DNA of 64,000 nt from Neophaeotheca triangularis (lineage: Eukaryota). Made by a program: the position numbers and the translations under genes. The stretch lies in NCBI GenBank assembly GCA_054600435.1, contig BAAIJX010000003.1, forward strand, positions 186,001 to 250,000, read 5' to 3'. Position 1 is the stretch's first letter. Every line of letters starts with the position of its first letter. Positions 1 to 10,651 of this stretch are shown here, piece after piece. The notes beneath the pieces are model-generated. The model was not told where the DNA came from, made no database searches, and saw only the letters and a list, made by a program, of their open reading frames with translations.

Positions 1-530
1 GCGGCCTGACAAGATGCAAAGACCCAGGAGCGTTTCCTTCATATTGCCCTGCCCCTTGTCGTGACTTTTATCGCCAACGTGATCGCCGTTGCCACGACCA
101 ACATTGGCGCTCGATGTAAGTTCGCACCTGTTCCAATGAAGGGAATAAAGACGACCATTCTAATCCACCTTTTACAGACTTCGCCATGATGCTTTTGCCA
201 GCCAGCTTCTACTCCAGCGCAATCGTCCAACTCTCTTGGATCTCCGGCTCTCTATCACAACCTTCTGTAAAAAGAGCAGCTTCGATCGCCTTTATCAACT
301 CTATGTGCAACACGCCCAACATCTGGACAGCCTACCTTTACTACGACAGCCCACGCTATGTGGTGGCATTCGCTGTAAACCTCGGGGCAGCAATTGTTGC
401 CATTGGCTTCGCAACTTTTACCTTCTTACACCTCCGTCGCGCCAACCGCAAGCTTGAACAGGGTCTCGACCTTGGGAAACATGGGCCGACTCGAACACAA
501 CTGAGGTCTGGGTTTAGATATCTCCTGTAA
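1..530 (+). CDS. 3' part of an MFS transporter, anion:cation symporter (Dal5/Tna1 allantoate/nicotinate permease-like); 5' end lies outside the window
   Basis: Spliced translation ERFLHIALPLVVTFIANVIAVATTNIGARY-FAMMLL...SWISGSLSQPSVKRAASIAFINSMCN...HLRRANRKLE...GFRYLL*. Intron 116-177 (GTAAGT..CTAAT..TACAG). The C-terminal 'N++L...FRYxL' pattern is typical of this family. Confidence 0.85.
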
Positions 531-1412
531 GAGCTTTGGTGGGCAATGAGTCGTCGAGTCGGCAGATGAAGAGTGTCAAAGCCATCCCTCAATGCAGACA
601 CGGGGAGTGACAAGCATGAAGAGGTTCTATCTACAATATTGGTGGTTTCTAGCGTCGCTTTGCTAGCATACTCGGGTGTATTCAAACTTCTTTTATTTTC
701 TTACAGCCTACACCGACTTTTGCGCACCGTCACTACGTCAATGAGTGTATCACTGCTTTAGGAATGCGTCGACAAGACAGGACGTGGTAAGCATTAATGA
801 TTCTGAAGGAACACTCACTTGGCCGCTCGAGTACGGCCAACGGGTATCAGCAAAACGCGGGGTGCCATCCATGAATACAGTACAAGCGGCCAACTGGTGA
901 GGCTTGGTCAAATCAAGGCGGGGGAGATGGAAGGCGACGAGATAGGTGAGGCGGAGAGGTAAGAAATAAGGTGGGCACTCGCCCCATTCGATACCACGCC
1001 GCTTCCCTTGCAGCACATAGTCACCACGGCTTGAATCGAGTCCTGGCATGGCTGGCGTGGTCCCTTAGCGGCAGGCTTGGTCGAGCTTAGTCGAGCGTCT
1101 AGAAGTCGATGTCGTCGTGGTGGCTGGCTGGACAGCGCGGCTCCACTGTACTTGGGGTCAGCGTGGGGGCCGTGGAGGATATCTTTGTGGGGCTGCAAGG
1201 GTCGGCTTTGGGGGTCGTCTTGGGGGTCTCGTTCGCCAACCGATACCGTCGCCGATGTCCCCGATATCCGATGCATTCAAAAAGGCAGTGTTTTGCCCTA
1301 CAGGGAAGGCGTTAGATTGCCCTGCACGTTTTCCAATTTTCAGGATATCCAGAGATTGACGCCTCCTACGACAACTCTAACCAATTTTTTTGATCTGATT
1401 TGATCATTCACC

Positions 1413-2918
1413 ATGGCTAAGATCAAGTCCGTTGAACATTTCCGCGTGAAGCCGAGATGGATGTTTGTGAGTCGTTGATGGAATCGATCTATATAGCCGT
1501 TCAGAATATTCATAGTAGGCAGGTCAAAATCACCGACGATGAGGGCAAAGTAGGATGGGGCGAGAGCACACTCGAGGGCCACGACCTGGCTGTCGAAGGG
1601 AGCTTAGACGAGATCATTGTGAGTTCGGACGGGCAAGCCCGTTGAAATACTGATCAGCGTACTGACCGCCAACAGGTTCGAATCGTCGGACTCGAAGCAA
1701 AGTAAGGACATACGCGGAGTTGCCTGGCCTGGATAATCGGACAGTACTGACTCGGCACTAGCAACATCGAGCACATATGGCAACTCATCTGGCGGTTAGG
1801 CTTCTACCGCGGCGGCGCGGTCTTCATGTCTGCCCTCTCGGGTATTGACATAGCTCTGTGGGATCTTAAGGGTAGGTACACCATTTTGAGCCAATGAATA
1901 CATCAGGCTAATCGTCTTCAAGCCCGAAGAATGAACGTTCCGCTGTTCGAGCTCCTCGGCGGCAAGGTCAGAGACAGGTGCCAAGTCTACTGCTGGATAG
2001 GAGGCGATCGCCCTTCGGACATCGAGAAGGCAGCGTAAGTTTCCCATCTCCATCATGCCCTCATCACCTCGAGCTAACGAGTTCGCGCAAACAGCAAAGC
2101 CCGCAAGGAGCAAGGTCTCTCCTGCGTGAAGATGAACGCCACCGAAGACGTCAACTGGCTAGACTCACCCGCGGTGCTGGACGCCACCGTGGAGAGACTA
2201 AAGACGGTCAAAGCTCTCGGGCTCGACGCGGGTCTTGATTTCCACGGCCGTCTTCACAAGCCCATGGCCAAGCAGCTGGCCAAAGCACTGGAACCGCACC
2301 GCCCCCTCTTCATCGAGGAGCCCATACTCGTCGAGCACCCGGAAGCACTCAAGCAGCTTGCGGGCATGACTTCAATCCCCATCGCCCTGGGAGAAAGATT
2401 ATACAGTAAGTCGCCGCCGCGCCCCCACCGCGCCAATTGCTCGAACAGAAAACACTAACTTTTGCAACCACCTAGACCGCTGGGACGCCAAGCGCTTCCT
2501 AGAAGAAGGCCTGATCGACGTGCTGCAACCGGACATCGCACACGCCGGCGGCATCTCGGAAACGAAGCGACTGGCCAACATGGCCGAAGCCTACGACGTA
2601 GCGATCGCGCCCCACTGCCCACTGGGCCCGATCGCTTTCGCCGCCTCGCTGCACGTCGGCCTTTCGACGGCCAATTTCAACATCCTCGAGATGTCGCTGG
2701 GAATGCACTACAACGTCGAGGCCGGCGATATCGATCTCTTGACGTATATCAAGGACCAGTCTGTTTTTGATATCAAGGAGGGGCATGTTGCGGCGCCTAC
2801 GGGGCCTGGGTTGGGGATTGAGGTGGATGAGGAGATGATTAGGAAGATTGCCACCGAGACGGAGCCGTGGCAGTGCAAGGAGTTTTATGGACCGGATGGT
2901 TCGATTAGGGAGTGGTAG
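1413..2918 (+). CDS. D-galactonate dehydratase-like enzyme (DgoD type, mandelate racemase/enolase superfamily); 7 exons
   Basis: Exons 1413-1466, 1523-1618, 1676-1701, 1762-1871, 1923-2034, 2095-2405 and 2476-2918 join in frame with GT-AG introns. Motifs PRWMFVKI, GWGE, FYRGG..MSALSGIDIALWDLK, KMN, DFHGR, FIEEP, GERL, QPD, HCPLGP, terminal EW. Confidence 0.92.
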
Positions 2919-3428
2919 AGATGTAGCGTCGGGAGATGAAGTCTTGGTTACGTAGCTTGAAGGTATAAATTCTCAATTTCCTTCAGGGGTAGTAACGCAA
3001 TTATGTACAGCACATGTTATCATACAGAGCTTGTGGAATTTTCAAGTCATCCAACACACAAAACTTTCTGGCAGTCTTGATACAAAGCTTCTGAGAGTTT
3101 CCAACCCATGTGAATCAGCTGCTCACCTCGCGTCCTAGATGGTGAGATATCCCGACCTGCTCGGGTTGTAAGCGTTTGGGTTGCTGCTCGTGCGTGGCAT
3201 CGCTACGTTTCGCCCGCTCATCGCCCAAATCTTGTGACTGGTACTAGACAATTCTAGTCAGTCCCAACCAGCTGGCGGTGGATCACTGGCATCACATTGC
3301 CTTTTGTCCTTGACGTGAGCACGATTCCGCTGAATAGTCCTACAACGGTATTGTTCCGTGTGAGGAAGTGGCTGGAGTCGGGTGGTGGCCCGAGATGGCA
3401 TATTGGGTGTCGAGATGTCAAGATTGGT

Positions 3429-6132
3429 TCAAGCGACATCCCACGAACCCTCGGCAAGCATCCTCTTACACTGCATAAGCCTAGCCGAAGCCTCCAGCAA
3501 GAGCTCCGACTCGGCATTCGCAAACTCCTCCGACAACAGCTCAAGCACCGCCATGCAGCCGTGGTGATTGATCATGAGAATGACATTGTCGGCGTCTTCC
3601 AGCTCGGCGGATGAATTGATGTACCGACATGCCGTATACTGCGTTGGTCTGGAAGGCGGCTCGTAAGAATACGAAGTTTGGTTTGGAGCCTCGACTCGCA
3701 AGGTCATTTCGTGGGCCCAGATGGCCAGGGCTGCTAGGTAGAGTACCCAGGGTCGGTATATGAGGGGGTCAGAGCGGCAAGAATAGGCGGCGCCGTTGGA
3801 TATTGAGCTTGTCTCGGACGCCAGGCGTTTTGCGATGCTGTGATATAACAGCTTGAAACTGTGGAGGACGGCATGTCGAGCTGCTGCAGACATGGCCCAG
3901 GCTCGCATTCTCTGTAGAACCCCATTCCTGTCTTTTGACGAAACCTTGCGGCTGAGTAGTCTTTTCGAACCTGCAAGCATTTGGAGGTCGATTAAGTCCA
4001 CGTGCATAGTGATGTGACATAAGTGGTAAAGGACTATAGGTTGGTCGCTGCCTGCTTGTTGGGTGCTTGCGCTGTGCTTCGAACGGGACAAAGCAATCTC
4101 GAAGCTTTGCTTCCAGGACGAAAAGGCGTTGAAAAGTATAGCTCTCCATCGTGCCTGCTCTCGCCCGGTAGGCACGGTGTCAAGAAACTGGAGATGTTTT
4201 TCGCGGCGATTGATGTGCCAACCGACACTTAGTAGGCCCGAGAAAAGCACCAGTCGAGCGTTCTGGTGAGTTTGTACCTCGTGGCCATGCATGCACTGCT
4301 TGAGAGCCTCCAGAAAACTTGGAGTTTCAGAGATACTGTACATTGCGAAGCTGGACGAAAGATGTTGGAAGTCCTCCACAGTCTTGGCGTTCCAAAGCGA
4401 GTCGTCGCAAGGCAGATTGAGTCTAATCTCGAAAGGCGCTAACCTAGACAGAATCAGTATGTGCAAGGTGCGATCAAAGTTAGCTGAGGATACGGAAACG
4501 AGCTTACTGGTGTTCGTGTCCAAACATTACAGCATGAAGTACGTCCATCTGGAAGGCCGTAAAGACCACACGGTGCATCGACTCGTTCTTAGCCCAACGC
4601 CGCCACCACGAGTAGCCATTCGAGCGAGGTGGCCAATTACTAGCGCCCATGCCGTTGGGTGACGGGCAAGCTGTGCTGTCCCGAGGAGGTGATTCGCTGC
4701 CTGCTCTACCGATCAATGGCGAGCCTCTCCTCAGCAGAGTCAGGGTAGATGCGTGGTGAATGACTGCTCTCTCATGCAGTCGACGTGTTGAATACATCTT
4801 CTCGTGGAATTCGACAAGCAGCAGAGCTTGCGCAACCCACAGTTGAACTGGGGGCTCAGAGTCGTCCTCGGTAAATATTTCCCATCTCAAGTGAGTTGTG
4901 ATTAGATCAGCCAGTGTCCTATGGTCAGGCGAACTACCTTTTGGGTTTCCCTGTACGAGCGCGCTGGCGCCGAGAGCCACGATAGCCAGCAGTAGCATGG
5001 GATGGCACTTGTTGCAGGAAAACGTCCATTGATGAAGCACCGCGACTTGTGCTGCTATCTTGGACCAAAAACTCTGAACGGTGTTCTCAAGAACCGATGT
5101 TGTAAGGTTTGGAAGCTCACCAGCTTCGTTTTGAAACAAGATCCCTTCCAAGATGTAATCTGGCTGTCTTGAACGCTTCGACTTTCGGATAAAGATCAAC
5201 ATAAGCTGTACAATTTCCTGTCTCCTGGTCTCTGATATCGAGCTGTGAGCGTCGAGGCTCCAATATAGCGTGGTAGGGGTCCAGCTATCACCTGTGGCAG
5301 GGAAGCCCATGTCTGCCACACTGGATCTCAGCGCTGTGTCGGTGGCAGTACCTGGTGAAAAGTCGACACCAAAGTCGATGTAGGGAAGATTCGTTAGATC
5401 GAAATCGTAATTTGGCTGCGACTTGGGACTTTCGAACAGCCACGACGCAAAGTTGTCAGTCGGGCCCATTCCATCTGCCTGGTCAAGCGGCAACCAAGGA
5501 GTGCTCATCGACTGGGAAGGCAGCATCGCGCTATTAATCGTGCTAGGGCCCATCACGCTCTCTTGTGCCGGAGGAACCGAGTATCCGGGCTGCATTTCTG
5601 AGGCATAGTGTGAAGTGGGTGTCGCAAGGGGAGCGACACCTGGCTGGCCATGGCTACCGCCATCAGTATGATGTAGCGGTGGCAGGTTGACCGCTGAGGT
5701 GGGTTCGGGATTTGCTTCGTACTGATACGATTGAAGCTCAGCGGACGATGTGGCGGGTTCTTGCTGAGTCTGTATCGTGCCATCGTTGGTCTCGAAATGG
5801 CCCGTCTCCCCTTCGGTGTGCTTTGCTTTATGTCTTGCGAACAAGTCTGTTCTGACGAAGCTTTGCCCACAGCCTGGAACTTCGCAGTGGAACACTTGCT
5901 TTGGATTATCTGAACATGGTCAGCCCGAGCCTCTGACTATGAAAATTCAGCTGCTGTAAGGTAATTACACACGATTCAGCTCATGGCGCTTCAGGTGCTC
6001 TGACCTACTATACCTCTTCCCACACCCTTCGTGACTACACACAAACTTCAGCGGTTTGCCGGCGCGACTGCCCCGAGCTCTCTTCTTGGTAGGCGGTTCT
6101 TCAGTACCGCTGCCAGTGCCTGCGTCGTCCAT
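3429..6132 (-). CDS. C2H2 zinc-finger transcription factor with a fungal-specific TF (middle homology) domain
   Basis: Exons 6132-5973, 5909-4508 and 4443-3429. Two fingers CSHEGCGKRYSRSEHLKRHELNH and CEVPGCGQSFVRTDLFARHKAKH. Downstream LHQWTF, QALLL.EF, ESMHRVVFTAFQMD and LPCDDSLWNA motifs. Start codon is a best guess. Confidence 0.88.
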
Positions 6133-6676
6133 AATCTGCGAGCGTCGACATCGAGTGGGATGCTGTGCAGGCAACTAGCTCAGTTCAAGGTGTGCGCCCC
6201 CAAACTGCCGCCCCCAAAGACGATGTGGGGGATGTAGCTGCGCTCGGACAACCTGGAAAGCGAGGAGGTACCGGTACCTAGGGTTCGGATGGTCCCTAAA
6301 AGATCCACGGATACCTCCTACATAGTAAGGTGTAGTCCAAACTGGGTAGCGCACGTGACGGCCAAGATGACGTCGAGAGGCTTGTTTCTAGTGGAGACGG
6401 GAGCTTAGGCTGTCACTAGTGTGATTTTGTGGCAGCCTTAGGCATGAATTTCACCGTTTCGGCCAAGGCTAGACGGATTCACCTTCGTTCGATAGTTCTC
6501 TCCTATTCAACAACCGATCCACGCCCGCAGAACCACACCAGGTCACACCTAAACAGCTGGGACTTAGTTTGAATACCACATCACGTTGAAAAGACACAGA
6601 AATCTGACAACTCGCAATTACCGGTCACATACCCAACAAAATACCCATCCAGACTCCTCGACAAATAGCTTCCAAC

Positions 6677-7842
6677 ATGGCCGACGAGACCGAGATGGAG
6701 GCATCCCTTCAACCCATCATCGACCAAAAGAGCCTCAAGTTTGTGTTTGTGGGGGGCAAAGGCGGAGTCGGAAAGACGACAACAAGCTGCTCCCTCGCAG
6801 TGCAAATGGCGAAAGCGAGAAAGAGTGTCCTCCTCATCTCTACCGACCCGGCGCATAACCTGAGTGATGCCTTCGGCATGAAGTTTGGCAAAGACGCTCG
6901 CGAAGTTACGGGAGTGCCCGGCCTGGCAGCCATGGAAATTGACCCCAACGGCAGCATACAGGATTTGATCTCGGCTGGTGGTGAAGATGCGCAGGAGGCC
7001 ATGGCAGGGCTTGGGGGAGTTGGGAACATGTTCCAGGATATGGCTTTCTCGATACCCGGCGTGGATGAGGCCATGGCGTTTGCCGAGGTCATGAAGCAGG
7101 TCAAGGGCATGCAGTACGACCTGGTCATCTTCGATACGGCACCTACTGGACATACGCTTCGTTTCTTGCAGTTCCCCTCGGTGTTGGAGAAGGCATTGGA
7201 GAAGTTGTCGCAGCTCAGCAATCAATTTGGCGGCATGCTGAACTCGGTCATTGGTGCTCGCGGCGGCTTGCCGAATGGTCAGAACTTGGACGATGTTCTC
7301 AAGCGGATGGAGGATCTTCGGAGCACTATTGGCGAAGTCAACAAGCAGTTCAAAAATGCGGACCTCACTACGTATGTATCGCGCTTTAGGAGAGTACGAC
7401 TCATCGCTAACAACGTCAACAGCTTTGTGCCTGTACTCATCCCAGAGTTTCTTTCCCTCTACGAAACTGAGCGCATGATTCAAGAACTCGGCTCCTACGA
7501 GATCGGTATGCAATACTATCATTTCGCACTATGACTCCATACTAACGTCTATGCAGACACTCATGCCATGGTGGTCAACCAACTCCTGTTTCCAAAGAAA
7601 GACAACCCATGCGAACAGTGCAACGCGCGCCGGAAGATGCAACGGAAGTACCTCGAGCAGATCGACGACCTCTACGGGGAAGACTTCCACGTGGTCAAGA
7701 TGCCTTTGCTGGTAGATGAAGTCAGAGGTGTTGAGAGCATATCAAAGTCAGTATCACTCTTCCTCTAAGCTATTCTGACACTACTAACAGCCACAACAGG
7801 TTCAGCGAAATGCTCGTGAAGCCGTTTGAGCAGCCTGTGTAG
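6677..7842 (+). CDS. GET3: ATPase GET3 (ArsA/ASNA1), tail-anchored protein insertion
   Basis: [11 protein letters not shown]-loop, [28 protein letters not shown] motif. Exons 6677-7371, 7423-7505, 7557-7746 and 7800-7842. Confidence 0.96.
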
Positions 7843-8574
7843 AGTGTTGGATAGTGTACGATGTGAAACGAGGTGACGAATGGGCCATGGGAAGCAGCAT
7901 TATCAGCGAGGCGTCTGGGGAGTGTACAGCTTCGCTTTCGGTATAGCTTAAGCCAAATCTATTGAAACGGAAGCAAATTGAACTTTGGGAGCGTTTCTGA
8001 GCCCTGCAATCGAGCTCGAACTCGGCGCCTCAATACATTAAGGTAAGTTCCTCTACGATGGGGCGAGCGATGCGGTAACCCGAAAACACTCTGGCTTGGG
8101 TCCATTTCAGCGGGGTTGTGCTTGACCCCCCTTTTCGTACTTTATGCGTGACATGAGCAGATGCAACGATTCGCAACTGCATTCCGGTTGAGGCAACTGC
8201 TTGCCTGCTCAAGGGGGTTGCATACTATCATGACGATCATAAAATGTCCATGTAGGTATTTGTGTGTATACATGACCTCGGTAGTTGGCTTTGTGAGATG
8301 TGGGGGAGCGGGTTGACTTGACTTCACCTGCTGGATATGACCTAGTCGAGATTCCTTATCAATCAGTATTCCGGGGCATTGTTAAGAGGTAGAGGACAAG
8401 GTAGACTGTTTGTTGTTTCTAGATAGGTCTACCTAGAAGACGACTCCCCTGCCGGTTGCTGTCGATCAACGGGTGCAGGTTCGAACAATAACTAAATCCA
8501 CCAAGATACAAGCTCGAGCTGTAGAGGATCCCCCGGTCTAAACGAAAAGCACTGGAATCCGCCCTTCTCCGAAC

Positions 8575-10332
8575 ATGGCACGACCACCGCAATACGAAAC
8601 CATCCCTTACCCTTATGACGCCGGGCCCCTCGGCCACGTCCAAGGCCTAGCAGTATCCAGTGCTGCGGAGCCGTCCCACCACCTCCTCTACTACTTCGGC
8701 GGTATCCCCTACGCCCAACCGCCAGTAGGCCCCTATCGATTCCGACGAGCTCGCCAACTCCCACCTTGCTACCGCTACGGAACACGCGCGAGCCCAGCAA
8801 ACTTCACTGGAGGCCATGGAGTCTGTCCCCAACCCGGGTGGCTAGGTCCCCCCGACACTACCCTCTGGGATGAGAATTGCTTGCAACTTAACATTTACAT
8901 CCCGAACGGGGAGCGGCCGGGGAAAGGCTGGCCTGTTTACTTCTACATCCACGGTGGTTTCTTGCAGTGGGGCCAAGCGAACGATTCTCCAGAAGCCCTG
9001 ACGCCTCTGTTGAGCGAAACGGGCTTCAAAGCGATAATAGTGCAACCTGCGTACCGCCTCAACGCTCTAGGCTTCCTAGCCTCGGAGGCCCTCGCCGCTG
9101 AGGCTAAAGCAAACAATGAAACAGTCGGCAACCTTGGTTTCTGGGATCAACGGTAAAGACCACCTTTCAAATCTCAATCAGCCGTACAGAGCAACCACTA
9201 ACCCCACCCCAGCCTCGCACTCGAATGGACACGAAAGAACATCACCCTTTTCGGTGGCAACCCCAGCAACCTCACCCTCGCCGGATACAGCGCCGGCGCC
9301 CACAGCACCTTCATGCAACTCGCGCACGAACTCTACCGGGTACCATCAGAAAAAGCAATAATCAAAAACTGCATAATGTTCTCCAACAGCCCAGGCGTTC
9401 AACCGAAAACCCTCCACGAACACTCCAGCCAATACGACGAGCTCCTAACCGCCCTATCCATCCCATCACACCTCCCGGCAAGCGAGAAACTCAACCGTCT
9501 CCGCTCCCTCCCCGCAGCCAGCATCGCCAACCCCCCAATCCCCCTAGCGCAGTCCGAATTCCGCGCCCTCAGCGACGGCGCCTTCATCCCCCTCGATCTC
9601 ATCCACTCCATCAACACCGGCGACTTCGCCTCGCGCATGAAAGCCCGCGGAATCAAACTCCTAACCGGCGAAACCCGCGACGAGCACAACCTCTACCGAC
9701 ACTGGCGCACGCCCCTCAACAATTTCCCTGCCCTCCACAAACGGCTGTGCGCAGACTACCCCCGCGCCGCCGTCGACAAGCTACTAAAACACTACTGCGG
9801 CTCCCTAGCCTCCCCAAGCCTACCAAAAGGGATACAAGACTGGCGACACCTCTTCGGCCACATCTACGCCGCCATGCAGGTCCACGGCCTCCAGCGCGGC
9901 TTTCTGGATAAACTGACCAACCCCGAAACCAAAACCCCCGTCGACGACTCTTCCCCTTTTCTGAAACCCGGTCGAGACCTCTTCCGCTACCGCATCGAAT
10001 ACCGCTGCAAAGTCTCCGATACCACGATCCCCCCGGAATGGGGCGTGACCCACGCGACAGACATGGCCGCGATTTGGCAGTGGGGCCAGGGTAAATTGCG
10101 GAAATCGGAGAAGAATGCTGTGGCGCCTTGGTTGACGGTTTTGGGGACTTTTGTGGCGGGCGGGGAACTGGAGTGGGGGACCAATCGGATCAGGGAGATG
10201 CGGAGGTTGAGGGGGGACGGGAGTACGGATGTTTGGCGGGATGAGGGGTGGGAGGAGGGGGTGGGGGTTTGGGAAGTAGTTAACGGTGAGGTTGAGGGTG
10301 AGGTTGAGGGAGGGGAGAAGGCGAGGTTGTAG
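8575..10332 (+). CDS. Type-B carboxylesterase (alpha/beta hydrolase) with C-terminal PTS1-like -ARL
   Basis: GIPYAQPPVG..RF, ENCLQLNIY, IHGGFLQ, YRLNALGFL, GNLGFWDQR, nucleophile elbow GYSAG, THATD. Intron 9153-9212. Confidence 0.9.
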
Positions 10333-10651
10333 TGGGTGGGGTTTGTCGGTCTTGGTGGTGATGGTATTGATGTTATGGTTTCCAATGCTATCTAAATCTT
10401 TCTGTCTCAGGTACAGCCACGTTGAGTGACATCCTTTTTCTTTTTCCTTTTCCATCTTCCCTCTCTCGAACGCCCTCGCAATGCTATAGATTAGAAAGAG
10501 TTTCCCTTTTCGAAGTTGAGCCACCCATGATGATGAAAGGGGTGCAAGGGGGGTATCATGTTAAAAAACTTTGCAAGTCCAGCCGTAACATCCGTCGCCG
10601 TCGTTGGTTGCAAAACTCCGCGTCGTGTCGCGTATGATTGCTCGTCGTCGT

